DNA from: Pontiella sp.
GTDB lineage: Bacteria > Verrucomicrobiota > Kiritimatiellia > Kiritimatiellales > Pontiellaceae
Assembly: GCA_050290185.1 (NCBI GenBank)
Contig: JBNKHE010000004.1
Location: forward strand, 64,001 to 128,000
Length of the DNA stretch: 64,000 bases
Direction of reading: 5' to 3'
The notes beneath the pieces were generated by a model, which was not told the origin of the DNA, made no database searches, and saw only the letters and a program-made list of their open reading frames with translations. The stretch's first letter is position 1; the number at the start of each line of letters is the position of its first letter. A program made the position numbers and the translations under genes. Positions 1 to 9,874 of the stretch are shown here, piece by piece.

Positions 1-745
1 TTCCGCCGGAGGAGTTCTGGATAATCTGAATCCCGCCCAACGGCGCCCGGTTGATCGAATCGCTTGAAACGCTTGCGGCGGCGGTCAGCGTAAAAGAGGC
101 GCTCGTGAGGTTGGTGAACTCGACATAGTTCCCGGCTGGAATCTCGAGGGCGCCAGCCACATTCCCGTCCATGCCTCCGGTAGGCGCTGTAGTCGTCTGG
201 GCCTTTTCATAGAGCCCGGAGAAAACGCTGTTGGCGGCGTCCCGCCCGTACAGGGTGACGCCGTTCAGGGTATAGGCCCCGACGCGCTGGTTTCCACCGT
301 TCTCCCCGTCGTAGTAGGCAATCACCCGATATCCCGTCGTCAGAAAACTGGCTGGAATCCCGGAAACCGTGACGGTAGTCACGCTCGAATCCGAGGTATC
401 CAGATATCCGTTCATCATGCGGGCATCGCCGGCAACGCCGTTCATTTTTGAATTGACGCTGGTGTCCCAAATCGCACTGCAGGACCACGTCACGGTCGCT
501 CCGCTGGACGTTCCGTCGTCGAGATTGAGTGCCTGCGGGGAAGCCTGGCTATTCCCGGAAAACGAATTCCAGTTTACCTGAGGGACCATTCCCGCCACCT
601 CGTCCACCGACATGGCGCTCGGGTCCGGATCCGAGCTGGTGTTCGATCCCGCCCCAAAATCGATACCGATCGATGCCGCATGCGCCGAAATCGAAACCAT
701 CAGCAACGATGCTGCCATACCTACCGTTTTCCATGTTGCCTTCAT
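1..745 (-). CDS. Secreted protein with signal peptide, 5' part only (runs off the window's left edge)
   Basis: Not in the ORF track because there is no stop in the window. Manual translation from ATG 745: MKATWKTVGMAASLLMVSISAHA|ASIGIDFGAG...VAGMVPQVNWN...MMNGYLD...GNYVEF...RAPLGGIQIIQNSSGG, open to position 2. AHA signal-peptidase site and GGGAGAGG RBS at 751-758. Resembles beta-sandwich N-terminal domains of PVC secreted/PEP-CTERM-type proteins (recognised from memory). Confidence 0.85.
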   Translation of the reverse strand, partial: MKATWKTVGMAASLLMVSISAHAASIGIDFGAGSNTSSDPDPSAMSVDEVAGMVPQVNWNSFSGNSQASPQALNLDDGTSSGATVTWSCSAIWDTSVNSKMNGVAGDARMMNGYLDTSDSSVTTVTVSGIPASFLTTGYRVIAYYDGENGGNQRVGAYTLNGVTLYGRDAANSVFSGLYEKAQTTTAPTGGMDGNVAGALEIPAGNYVEFTNLTSASFTLTAAASVSSDSINRAPLGGIQIIQNSSGG

Positions 746-1170
746 CTCAACCTCTCCCGTTTCCTTCGATACACAGCTGCATCGCAAGCCCCTTTTCAAT
801 CAAAATGCCAACCGAACAAGCCGGCTCCCGTCCAATCCAAATGATTCTATTCCTAATCGGCAAAACCAAATCCAATGCCATACAACAAAACCCCGCACCA
901 CCCCGATGCGAACATGAGCGCCGGGATGCCCGAAAATTACTCCCTATGCTTACGCAAACGCAAACCGGCCCGTTGATCCGACAGATATTTAAAAAAAATG
1001 GCACAGGATTTTCGCGCGTGGTCCGGAAGGATGGAAAACGCCCCGCAATACAAGCGGAACGACGTTGACAGAGCCGCGCATCCGCTGCTACTGCCGTTTC
1101 GATAAGGGTTTGCGGAATGGATACAGCATTCCCAAAAGCATCGACTCGTCCGAAGGATACATTCCGGCGG

Positions 1171-3384
1171 CTATTCCTGAATCAGGGATGTTGCCTCATT
1201 GAGCAAAAGATAGGCCAGAACCCAATCGTTCCATACTCCCGATGCGTTGTACGAAACCTCGATTTCCCCCAATCCATCAGGAAATCTGGCCCTGACCAAT
1301 GTCCGACCTTGGGCCAAATTGGCCCGGGCTTCTTCAAGTTGATGAAGCTGGGCGCAAGCCATGGCAAGCATGGTATGGCTCATCGCGATGCGCGTACGTG
1401 AAGAATCCTGATATGCAAGGCTTTTTCGGGCCCAGCCAGCAGCTTGATTGAAATCGCCCCGCCTATATTCGTAGCTGGCCAAGGCCAACGTCCACCATGC
1501 CGCATCGCCCCTCGATGGAGATTCATTCTCATGGATCGATTGCTTCAACAGGTCGGCCAACGGCTCCAGTGCCTCCAGATCCTGCTGATCGAGTGGTATG
1601 ATTGTGCTGCTTTTGACCACCTGTTCGGCAGCACGCGGATCCGAGGTTCCCGCGAAATGCGTGATATTGCGTTGAATAAACCGATGGTAGTTCTCGAAAT
1701 CTTTTGTTGCGATCAAAACCGGCGCGACCTTGAGCAAATCCCGCGTAGCATCTTCAGTCATATCCGACTTGTCTACCTGGATGGCCCGGGCGAGTTTTAA
1801 AAAGCGATCCTCCGCCTCCGGCCACCGGCCCTGCGTGACATTCCACTCCCCGAGTTGCCGGAACACATCCATTGCTTCCAGGGAAGGCTTGATCACCGGA
1901 ACTTCGCACTCCCCCACCAATTTATCGGCTTCGGCCGGCTGGTTGCGCCTCAATAAGACAGCCGCCTGCGTAATCTTTTCCCGAACCTCGGCTTCCGCCC
2001 TCAGGCGGGACTCGCTTTGACGGGCCTCGCGCTCCTTGACAAACAACCAGCTGGAGGTGCCGAATCCCGCAAACAGGGTCAAGCTGATCGCCGCTATGGA
2101 GGCAAAAACGCCCTTGTTCCGGCGCACCAGCTTCCGGAAACGGTACCGGCGGCTCGGCGGACGAGCCAGCACCGGTTCATGGTCCAGATATCGCTGGACA
2201 TCTTCGGCAAATCCGTCCGCCGTCCGGTAGCGACGATCCCGATCTTTCTCCAGGGCTTTCATCACGATCCAATCCAGATCGCCTTTCAACAAAGTGATCA
2301 ATCGTTGCGGCTCGACGTCGTGGCACCGTGCAATGTGCTCCAACTCCCCACTGGGCAATCCGGAGAGCTTTACCGACGGACGGGGCGGCTCGACTTCCCG
2401 CACGATCCGACGCATTTCACTCAATCCGGATTTGATCAATTCGCTTTGATCAAAGGGGGTCATACTGGTGAGAAGTTCGTAGAGAAGAACTCCAAGACTG
2501 TAGATATCGCTCCCGATATCGATATCCAACTCGGCCAAATCCGCCTGCTCGGGACTCATGTAGGCCGGAGTTCCGATGAACTGTTCACAGGCCGTGAAGA
2601 TCGTATCGTCCGACAACCGCTGTCCATCCGTCGCCTTCGCCACCCCGAAATCGATCACTCTGGGCTCCGGTACCCCATCCCGGTTTTCTATCAGAATGTT
2701 CGACGGCTTGATGTCGCGATGGATGATTCCCTTCCGATGGGCGTGCTGGATGGCATGGCATATTTGGACGAACAGTTCCAGCCGCTGGCTGATGTCCAGG
2801 CCGTGCTCATCGCAATAGGTGGTTACCTTGGTGCCGTGCACCAGCTCCATGACAAAGTAGGGCCGCCCCTTCTCCGTCGTTCCGGCATTGAACACCTTCG
2901 CAATATGCGGGTGCTCCATCATCGCGAGTACCTGGCGTTCCGCCTCGAAGCGGGCTATCACGCTCTTGGTATCCATGCCCAGCTTGATGATCTTGAAGGC
3001 GACCTGCCGGCGGATCGGGGTACTCTGCTCGGCGAGATAGATGCTGCCACCGCCGCCCTCCCCGATTTTTTCGATCAACCTGTACGGACCGATTTGCTTG
3101 CCGATTTCCTCGTCGTCAGGAGGAACCATATCCTCCACCTGAAGAACCTCCGGATGTTCAGCAAGCGTCTGCGAAAACTCGTCCGCTGAAATCGAAGTCG
3201 GGCATCCCTCTTGAAAAAAACCCTCGCCGTCCGCCTGCACGGCCAGCAACTGTTGAACGGCGGCGCAGAGTCCATCGTCTCCCGCGCAGGCCTCCGTCAC
3301 AAAGGCATCGCGCTCTTCCCCGGGCTCGATTTCGCAGGCGGCACAAAAAATGTCCACCTCTCTGTCAGCCGCATCGTCCTTCAT
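1171..3384 (-). CDS. Hanks-type Ser/Thr protein kinase with TM helix and C-terminal TPR-like domain
   Basis: GEGGGG loop, VAFK, HRDIKPSN, DFG and GTPAYMSPE motifs; hydrophobic GVFASIAAISLTLFAGFGTSSWLFV segment; helical repeat-like C-terminus; directly downstream of an ECF sigma gene. Confidence 0.95.
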   Translation of the reverse strand: MKDDAADREVDIFCAACEIEPGEERDAFVTEACAGDDGLCAAVQQLLAVQADGEGFFQEGCPTSISADEFSQTLAEHPEVLQVEDMVPPDDEEIGKQIGPYRLIEKIGEGGGGSIYLAEQSTPIRRQVAFKIIKLGMDTKSVIARFEAERQVLAMMEHPHIAKVFNAGTTEKGRPYFVMELVHGTKVTTYCDEHGLDISQRLELFVQICHAIQHAHRKGIIHRDIKPSNILIENRDGVPEPRVIDFGVAKATDGQRLSDDTIFTACEQFIGTPAYMSPEQADLAELDIDIGSDIYSLGVLLYELLTSMTPFDQSELIKSGLSEMRRIVREVEPPRPSVKLSGLPSGELEHIARCHDVEPQRLITLLKGDLDWIVMKALEKDRDRRYRTADGFAEDVQRYLDHEPVLARPPSRRYRFRKLVRRNKGVFASIAAISLTLFAGFGTSSWLFVKEREARQSESRLRAEAEVREKITQAAVLLRRNQPAEADKLVGECEVPVIKPSLEAMDVFRQLGEWNVTQGRWPEAEDRFLKLARAIQVDKSDMTEDATRDLLKVAPVLIATKDFENYHRFIQRNITHFAGTSDPRAAEQVVKSSTIIPLDQQDLEALEPLADLLKQSIHENESPSRGDAAWWTLALASYEYRRGDFNQAAGWARKSLAYQDSSRTRIAMSHTMLAMACAQLHQLEEARANLAQGRTLVRARFPDGLGEIEVSYNASGVWNDWVLAYLLLNEATSLIQE

Positions 3385-3441
3385 CCGGTTCCCATCCTTG
3401 ATTGGTCCTGCGTGGCGGAATCCCTACTCATTACCGCTTCA

Positions 3442-3999
3442 TTACATCTCGGCGCTAATGTGCTTAAACAACCATGATTTCGCATAAAGCCAGCGCCGGT
3501 CCACGGAACGCTCGCTGATGCCAAGCGCGTCCGAGACCTCCTTATTCGTCAAACCGCCAAAATATTTGAGCGTTACAATCTGCGCCTCTTGCGGGTGAAC
3601 CTTTTCAAAATGGTTGAGGGCATCGTCGACCTGAAGAATCTTCTCCTCGGGCTCGATCTCGGCCAAATCAAGCATATCAATATCGAGCCGTTTCCGGTCG
3701 CCGCCGCGTTTCAATGCATGTTTCTTCCTTGCATGCTCGACCAGAATGCAACGCATCGCCATCGAAGCCGCCGAATAGAAGCATGACCGGTTTTCCCAGT
3801 TCTGCGCCTTGGCATCAACCATCCGAAGCCACACTTCATGCACCAGCGCCGTCGGTTGCAGTGTGTGGTCGGCGGGCTGACGTGCCATCTGCATCCTGGC
3901 CAGTTTGTGCAATTCCGCGTACACCAAGGGGAACAACGCCTTGACCTTCTGGTTGTCGCCCTCTTCGCCGGATTGTAGGATTTCAGTAATATCGTCCAT
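3442..3999 (-). CDS. ECF sigma factor, TIGR02999-type (STK-associated)
   Basis: MDDITEIL...LFPLVYAELHKLAR...HTLQPTALVHEVWLRM...RCILVEHARKK.ALKRGG...LKYFGGLTNKEV...GISERSVDRRW..AKSWL signature. Confidence 0.93.
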   Translation of the reverse strand: MDDITEILQSGEEGDNQKVKALFPLVYAELHKLARMQMARQPADHTLQPTALVHEVWLRMVDAKAQNWENRSCFYSAASMAMRCILVEHARKKHALKRGGDRKRLDIDMLDLAEIEPEEKILQVDDALNHFEKVHPQEAQIVTLKYFGGLTNKEVSDALGISERSVDRRWLYAKSWLFKHISAEM

Positions 4000-4537
4000 G
4001 TCGTTGTCTCGAAATCATTACCGAGGAACCATGCCTGTTATTCCGCATAAAATATCACTCGACCGACAAACCGCAATTGTTCATCGGAAAAATAAGTCCG
4101 AAATCATCGCCGACCTGAGCAACAACGTTAACAGGTCGCTCCCGTTCGCCGGAGAGGGCTGTTTGACAACCCTATCCCCATTCTCGTTTCGTTTTCTGGA
4201 AACGGGATCAGTTCTATGACCTGCGCCTTTAGGCGGAATAGGCTGGCATTACTGCGCCTGCAACAAGCCTGGCGAAGTGGTAAACGATGTTTTCTTCGCC
4301 AGCCCATCCCCTGGGAACTTACCAACAGCACATTCTTGAATAGTTCGAGACTGTACCTACTTGCCCAAGATGAAACAAAGCAATTCCCCCCTTTGCTCAG
4401 GGATTAATAGGTTTAAAACGCCCCCTCCTCCTTGATTGCCGCTTCGCTGCCGTCGCTCTGCACCGGCCTCACTTCGTGTCTCAGCATCCTCTGTGATGAA
4501 CCTTTTGTGATTATGGTCGCAGCCTCGGTGCATGGAT

Positions 4538-6088
4538 TTATTTCGCCCAGGCCGCTCCTTCGGGAGTGCGGCGCCAGGCGAAGTATTCATCCATCACCTT
4601 GAGCGATGCCAGATCGGGAACCGGCCCGACATGCGGCGTTTGGCTGAAGTACATGACGGAGGGTGATTTTTCGCTGAACACCGGCCATTTTGAAACGCCT
4701 TTGCCGTTGGGATCGCCCCGCTTCGCGAAGTTGGTCCAGTAGGTGGCCATGGCCTCCGAAATCTTCAGGTCGGATTTTGTGGTGCGCGGATCCGAGGGGT
4801 TGAGATCCTGGAAGACAAAGCCCACGTCCATGCCGTGCGGAGACCCCTGCCCTGCTTGCGGAGAATCCTTGGGATAGTCGGGGTGCTGGTCAAAGTAATA
4901 GAGATAGACCTTTGATTTTCCGGTACGGGTCTGCAGGCGCGCCCACGACCAGGTATGCCAACCGAACACGGCATCGCGCATCAGGTCGCGCGTACTTTTC
5001 GGCAGCCGGCCCTTCCCGTCGCCGGCGGAATAGGCTGCGATCAGTTTATCCGCGAAGGGGCCGTAGCGCCTTTTGACATCGCCCATGTATTGCCCGGACG
5101 TATTGGGCGGCCAGAAACTCAAGCCTTCGTCGGAGTTGTAGCCGACCAGAACGTCCACATCGTTATAGTTGCCCGCGGCATACAGCTTGTATTGATCGTC
5201 GGGAATCACCCACCCATCAATCACGGGCCAGGAGGTGTCGTAGCCACGGCTGATAATTTTTTCAGCAGGAAGTTGCCGCATCTCGGCGAGAGAGGATGTG
5301 CCTAGACGTTTTTGGTAGGCCAGTCCATCCTGCTCGGCATCCTTCAGAAGCTTCATGTTTTCCCCCGGATACGTCGTGGGATAACGGTACGGGCCGAAGG
5401 AGCCGCCGCTCTGCGAGATGGCGCCACGAAACAGCCCTTTTGCCTGTGGCGAAGCACACAGCATGCTCACCGCAATACCTCCGGCCGACTCGCCGAAGAT
5501 GGTGACCTTTTTCGGATCGCCGCCAAACGCCGCGATGTTTTCCTGGATCCACTGCAGCCCGGCCATCATGTCGAGCAAACCATAGTTGCCCGAGACCTGA
5601 TGCGGGCTCTCGGCGCTGAGCTCCGGATGGGCAAGGAATCCCAGTTCGCCGACGCGATATCCAATACTCACTAGAACGACGCCCTTTTTTGCGAGATTTC
5701 CACCGCTGCATGCTGACGATCCCATGCTGAAAGCACCCCCGTGTATCCACACAAGCACGGGAAGCTTCTCCCTCGCGGATTTTGCCGGACTCCAGACATT
5801 GAGATAGAGGCAGTCCTCGCTCATTCCGGAACCCTTCCGGTCGCCCTGGATCGGCGCGGGGCCAAAGTGATCCGTCCGCCGCACGCCGTCCCACGGTTTT
5901 ACCGGCCGGGGCGCTTTCCAGCGGAGGTCGCCGACCGGCGGTGCGGCATAGGGAATGCCAAGATAGACCGCCAGCCTGTTTTCGAACGTACCCTGAACCC
6001 TGCCACCGGTTACCTTGACCGGCTCAGGTTTTTCCCCGGCATATACCGAGCACGAGATGAACAATGCCGCCAGTATGATTTGTTTCAT
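4538..6088 (-). CDS. Secreted type-B carboxylesterase (para-nitrobenzyl esterase-like)
   Basis: LGIPYAAPPVGDLRW, SEDCLYLNVW, WIHGG, GESAG nucleophile elbow, catalytic Glu (NSDEG) and His (SPHGMD). Start refined to MKQIILAALF at 6088 (AGAGGAAG RBS, signal peptide). Confidence 0.93.
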   Translation of the reverse strand: MKQIILAALFISCSVYAGEKPEPVKVTGGRVQGTFENRLAVYLGIPYAAPPVGDLRWKAPRPVKPWDGVRRTDHFGPAPIQGDRKGSGMSEDCLYLNVWSPAKSAREKLPVLVWIHGGAFSMGSSACSGGNLAKKGVVLVSIGYRVGELGFLAHPELSAESPHQVSGNYGLLDMMAGLQWIQENIAAFGGDPKKVTIFGESAGGIAVSMLCASPQAKGLFRGAISQSGGSFGPYRYPTTYPGENMKLLKDAEQDGLAYQKRLGTSSLAEMRQLPAEKIISRGYDTSWPVIDGWVIPDDQYKLYAAGNYNDVDVLVGYNSDEGLSFWPPNTSGQYMGDVKRRYGPFADKLIAAYSAGDGKGRLPKSTRDLMRDAVFGWHTWSWARLQTRTGKSKVYLYYFDQHPDYPKDSPQAGQGSPHGMDVGFVFQDLNPSDPRTTKSDLKISEAMATYWTNFAKRGDPNGKGVSKWPVFSEKSPSVMYFSQTPHVGPVPDLASLKVMDEYFAWRRTPEGAAWAK

Positions 6089-6141
6089 ATTCTTCCTCTG
6101 TTTGTACCCCTGAAGAGTCATTTTACCCTTATTCCCGATGT

Positions 6142-6582
6142 TCATTCCGGATTGCCCTCCCACCGACGCATGGAATCCGCGAGGCGGCCAAGATAGTCCT
6201 CCAGGTTCCGGGCCTCTGTTTCTTCGAAAGGGCTCATCAATGCGTCCTGCAACGGGATAAGTTGATTCGATAATCGATCCTGCATCCGGCGGCCTTCATC
6301 GGTCAGCGATACCTGCCGGGCCCGCCGGTCTTCCCCATGGGGTTTGCGGATCACCAGATTCCGGGCTTCAAGCAATCGTACCATGGCACTGATCGTATTG
6401 GCGTCAGACGTGGCCCGCTTCGTGAGTTCCTTCTGGGTAATCCCGTCTTCCTCGTTCAAAATGACCAGAAGCACATATTGATCGGCGGTGACCCCCGACC
6501 GACCCAGAACGGCCTGCGTGTGACGGTGCATCAGCATGTAGGCCGCGCGAAGTCCATGGGCTATCTCTCTACCGGTAGTCAT
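6142..6582 (-). CDS. MarR-family transcriptional regulator
   Basis: GVTADQYVLL...GITQKEL...ISAMVRLLEARNLVIR...DRRARQVSLTDEGR winged-helix pattern. Confidence 0.92.
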   Translation of the reverse strand: MTTGREIAHGLRAAYMLMHRHTQAVLGRSGVTADQYVLLVILNEEDGITQKELTKRATSDANTISAMVRLLEARNLVIRKPHGEDRRARQVSLTDEGRRMQDRLSNQLIPLQDALMSPFEETEARNLEDYLGRLADSMRRWEGNPE

Positions 6583-6598
6583 CGTCTGAAACCCTTTA

Positions 6599-6640
6599 AT
6601 TACGTATACGTAATAAATAGGTAACTACACAGCTCGTCAA
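6599..6640 (-). promoter_or_regulatory. marR promoter with overlapping perfect 16-bp palindromic operator
   Basis: ATTACGTATACGTAAT at 6599-6614, 16 bp upstream of the marR ATG; TTGACG (-35, 6640-6635) with 17-bp spacer to TTTATT, which overlaps the palindrome. Confidence 0.7.
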
Positions 6641-6880
6641 CAACTTTTAGGAATTCTTCCATCTGGAAGCGGACGTTTTATGCGAGGACCGATACTGCGA
6701 AGCCAGCACCTGAAGCTATGCCTCAATTCCGCACCTGCCCATGCGGACTTCCAGCCTGGAAAGCTGGCATTCTACCACTTGATTACTCCTGCTCAATGGA
6801 AGGTTTGATGCTGTATCCATAAATCCACCACGATTCAACTTTCTCTTTCATAAAACAGCATTGTGTGTACCCTTTTAAAC

Positions 6881-8851
<1,971 letters not shown>

Positions 8852-8852
8852 T

Positions 8853-8902
8853 GGAGGGATAGCGTCTCCGCTGTCCGTGGACGATGAGAACATCGTCCCT
8901 CC
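8853..8902. repeat. REP-like double-hairpin palindrome between convergent uvrB and rhomboid genes
   Basis: GGAGGGATAGCG-TCTC-CGCTGTCC-GT-GGACGATG-AGAA-CATCGTCCCTCC: outer GGAGGGA/TCCCTCC arms enclosing two internal hairpins. Confidence 0.6.
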
Positions 8903-8905
8903 GGT

Positions 8906-9706
8906 TTATCCACGGGTGGCGCGTTTGAGCAGGTCGCGCTCGCGGGGCGTCAAAGCCCCCATCCCTTCCTTGCCGATCTTGTCGAGAATACGGTCGATCT
9001 CCTCCCTGGAAAGCGTTTCCTTACGCGGCGCGGATTGCGTGGAACCGACCTTCGGGCTGGATTGCTTGATCCTCAGCTTTCTCTTTACTTCGGTCATCAG
9101 GTGAGGATGTTTGAGGGCCATGGCATAGGAGAAGCCAGCGAGACCGCCGACAAGGTGTGCTGCGTTGGCAATGTGCCCATGAACGGGATTTGCCACGGTT
9201 TGGATCAGTTCCCAGCACGCGAATCCCAACACCAGTTTCCACGCCTTGATTGGAAAAAACGGCAGAAAAATCAGCACCACTTCCACCGTGGGATACAGCA
9301 CGGCAAAGGCGGCCAGGATTCCAAAAATGGCTCCGGAAGCACCGACGCACGCGGTTCCGGACGGCGACAACAGAGACCATCCCAGTCCACCGAGAATTCC
9401 GCTGAGATAGTACAGGATAAAGAAGCGGTAGCCACCGATGGTGCGCTCCACGGTTGGCCCGATAAAATACAGGCCCAGCATGTTCATCAGCAGGTGGCCG
9501 GCGTTGGCGTGCACGAACATATAGGTAAACAGATTTCCGATTGAATAGGTTTCCCACCACTTCGCCGGAAGCGCAAACCATTCTCTGAGCGGAACACCAA
9601 ACAAGACTTCGATCAGGAATACGGCAACGTTCACGATTAGCAGATATTTGACCGACGGTGTGATGGCCGCCATGCTGCCGATGTTTCTGGGCTGATGATT
9701 AAACAT
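8906..9706 (-). CDS. Rhomboid intramembrane serine protease with C-terminal DUF6576-like domain
   Basis: YMFVHA..HLLMNM, GASG catalytic Ser, AHLVG catalytic His; C-terminal EIDRILDKI..EG..ALT..ER..L. Start refined to MFNHQP at 9706 (AAGGA RBS). Confidence 0.92.
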   Translation of the reverse strand: MFNHQPRNIGSMAAITPSVKYLLIVNVAVFLIEVLFGVPLREWFALPAKWWETYSIGNLFTYMFVHANAGHLLMNMLGLYFIGPTVERTIGGYRFFILYYLSGILGGLGWSLLSPSGTACVGASGAIFGILAAFAVLYPTVEVVLIFLPFFPIKAWKLVLGFACWELIQTVANPVHGHIANAAHLVGGLAGFSYAMALKHPHLMTEVKRKLRIKQSSPKVGSTQSAPRKETLSREEIDRILDKIGKEGMGALTPRERDLLKRATRG

Positions 9707-9874
9707 GCTTTCCTTTGGTTCTATGCAGGTATCTTCTTCGAACTTCGCGGGCCCTGTCGAGCAACCACTGGCGGAATTTCTGCAGCGATCCAAACAAGAA
9801 CCGCGCCATTCCCGCATAACAAGACCCAGGGACGGTGCGGTTCGTTGAAAAAATACGGCGCTTCTTTCCGGCGG

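Noticed and set aside
207..1068. Short track ORFs (207-488, 549-734, 529-1068, 612-917)
   Set aside because: Alternative frames or antisense of the real secreted-protein gene starting at 745, or non-coding promoter DNA.
6780..6880. LexA/SOS box upstream of uvrB
   Set aside because: No good match to CTGT-N8-ACAG or to the Verrucomicrobia-type TGTTC-N4-GAACA.
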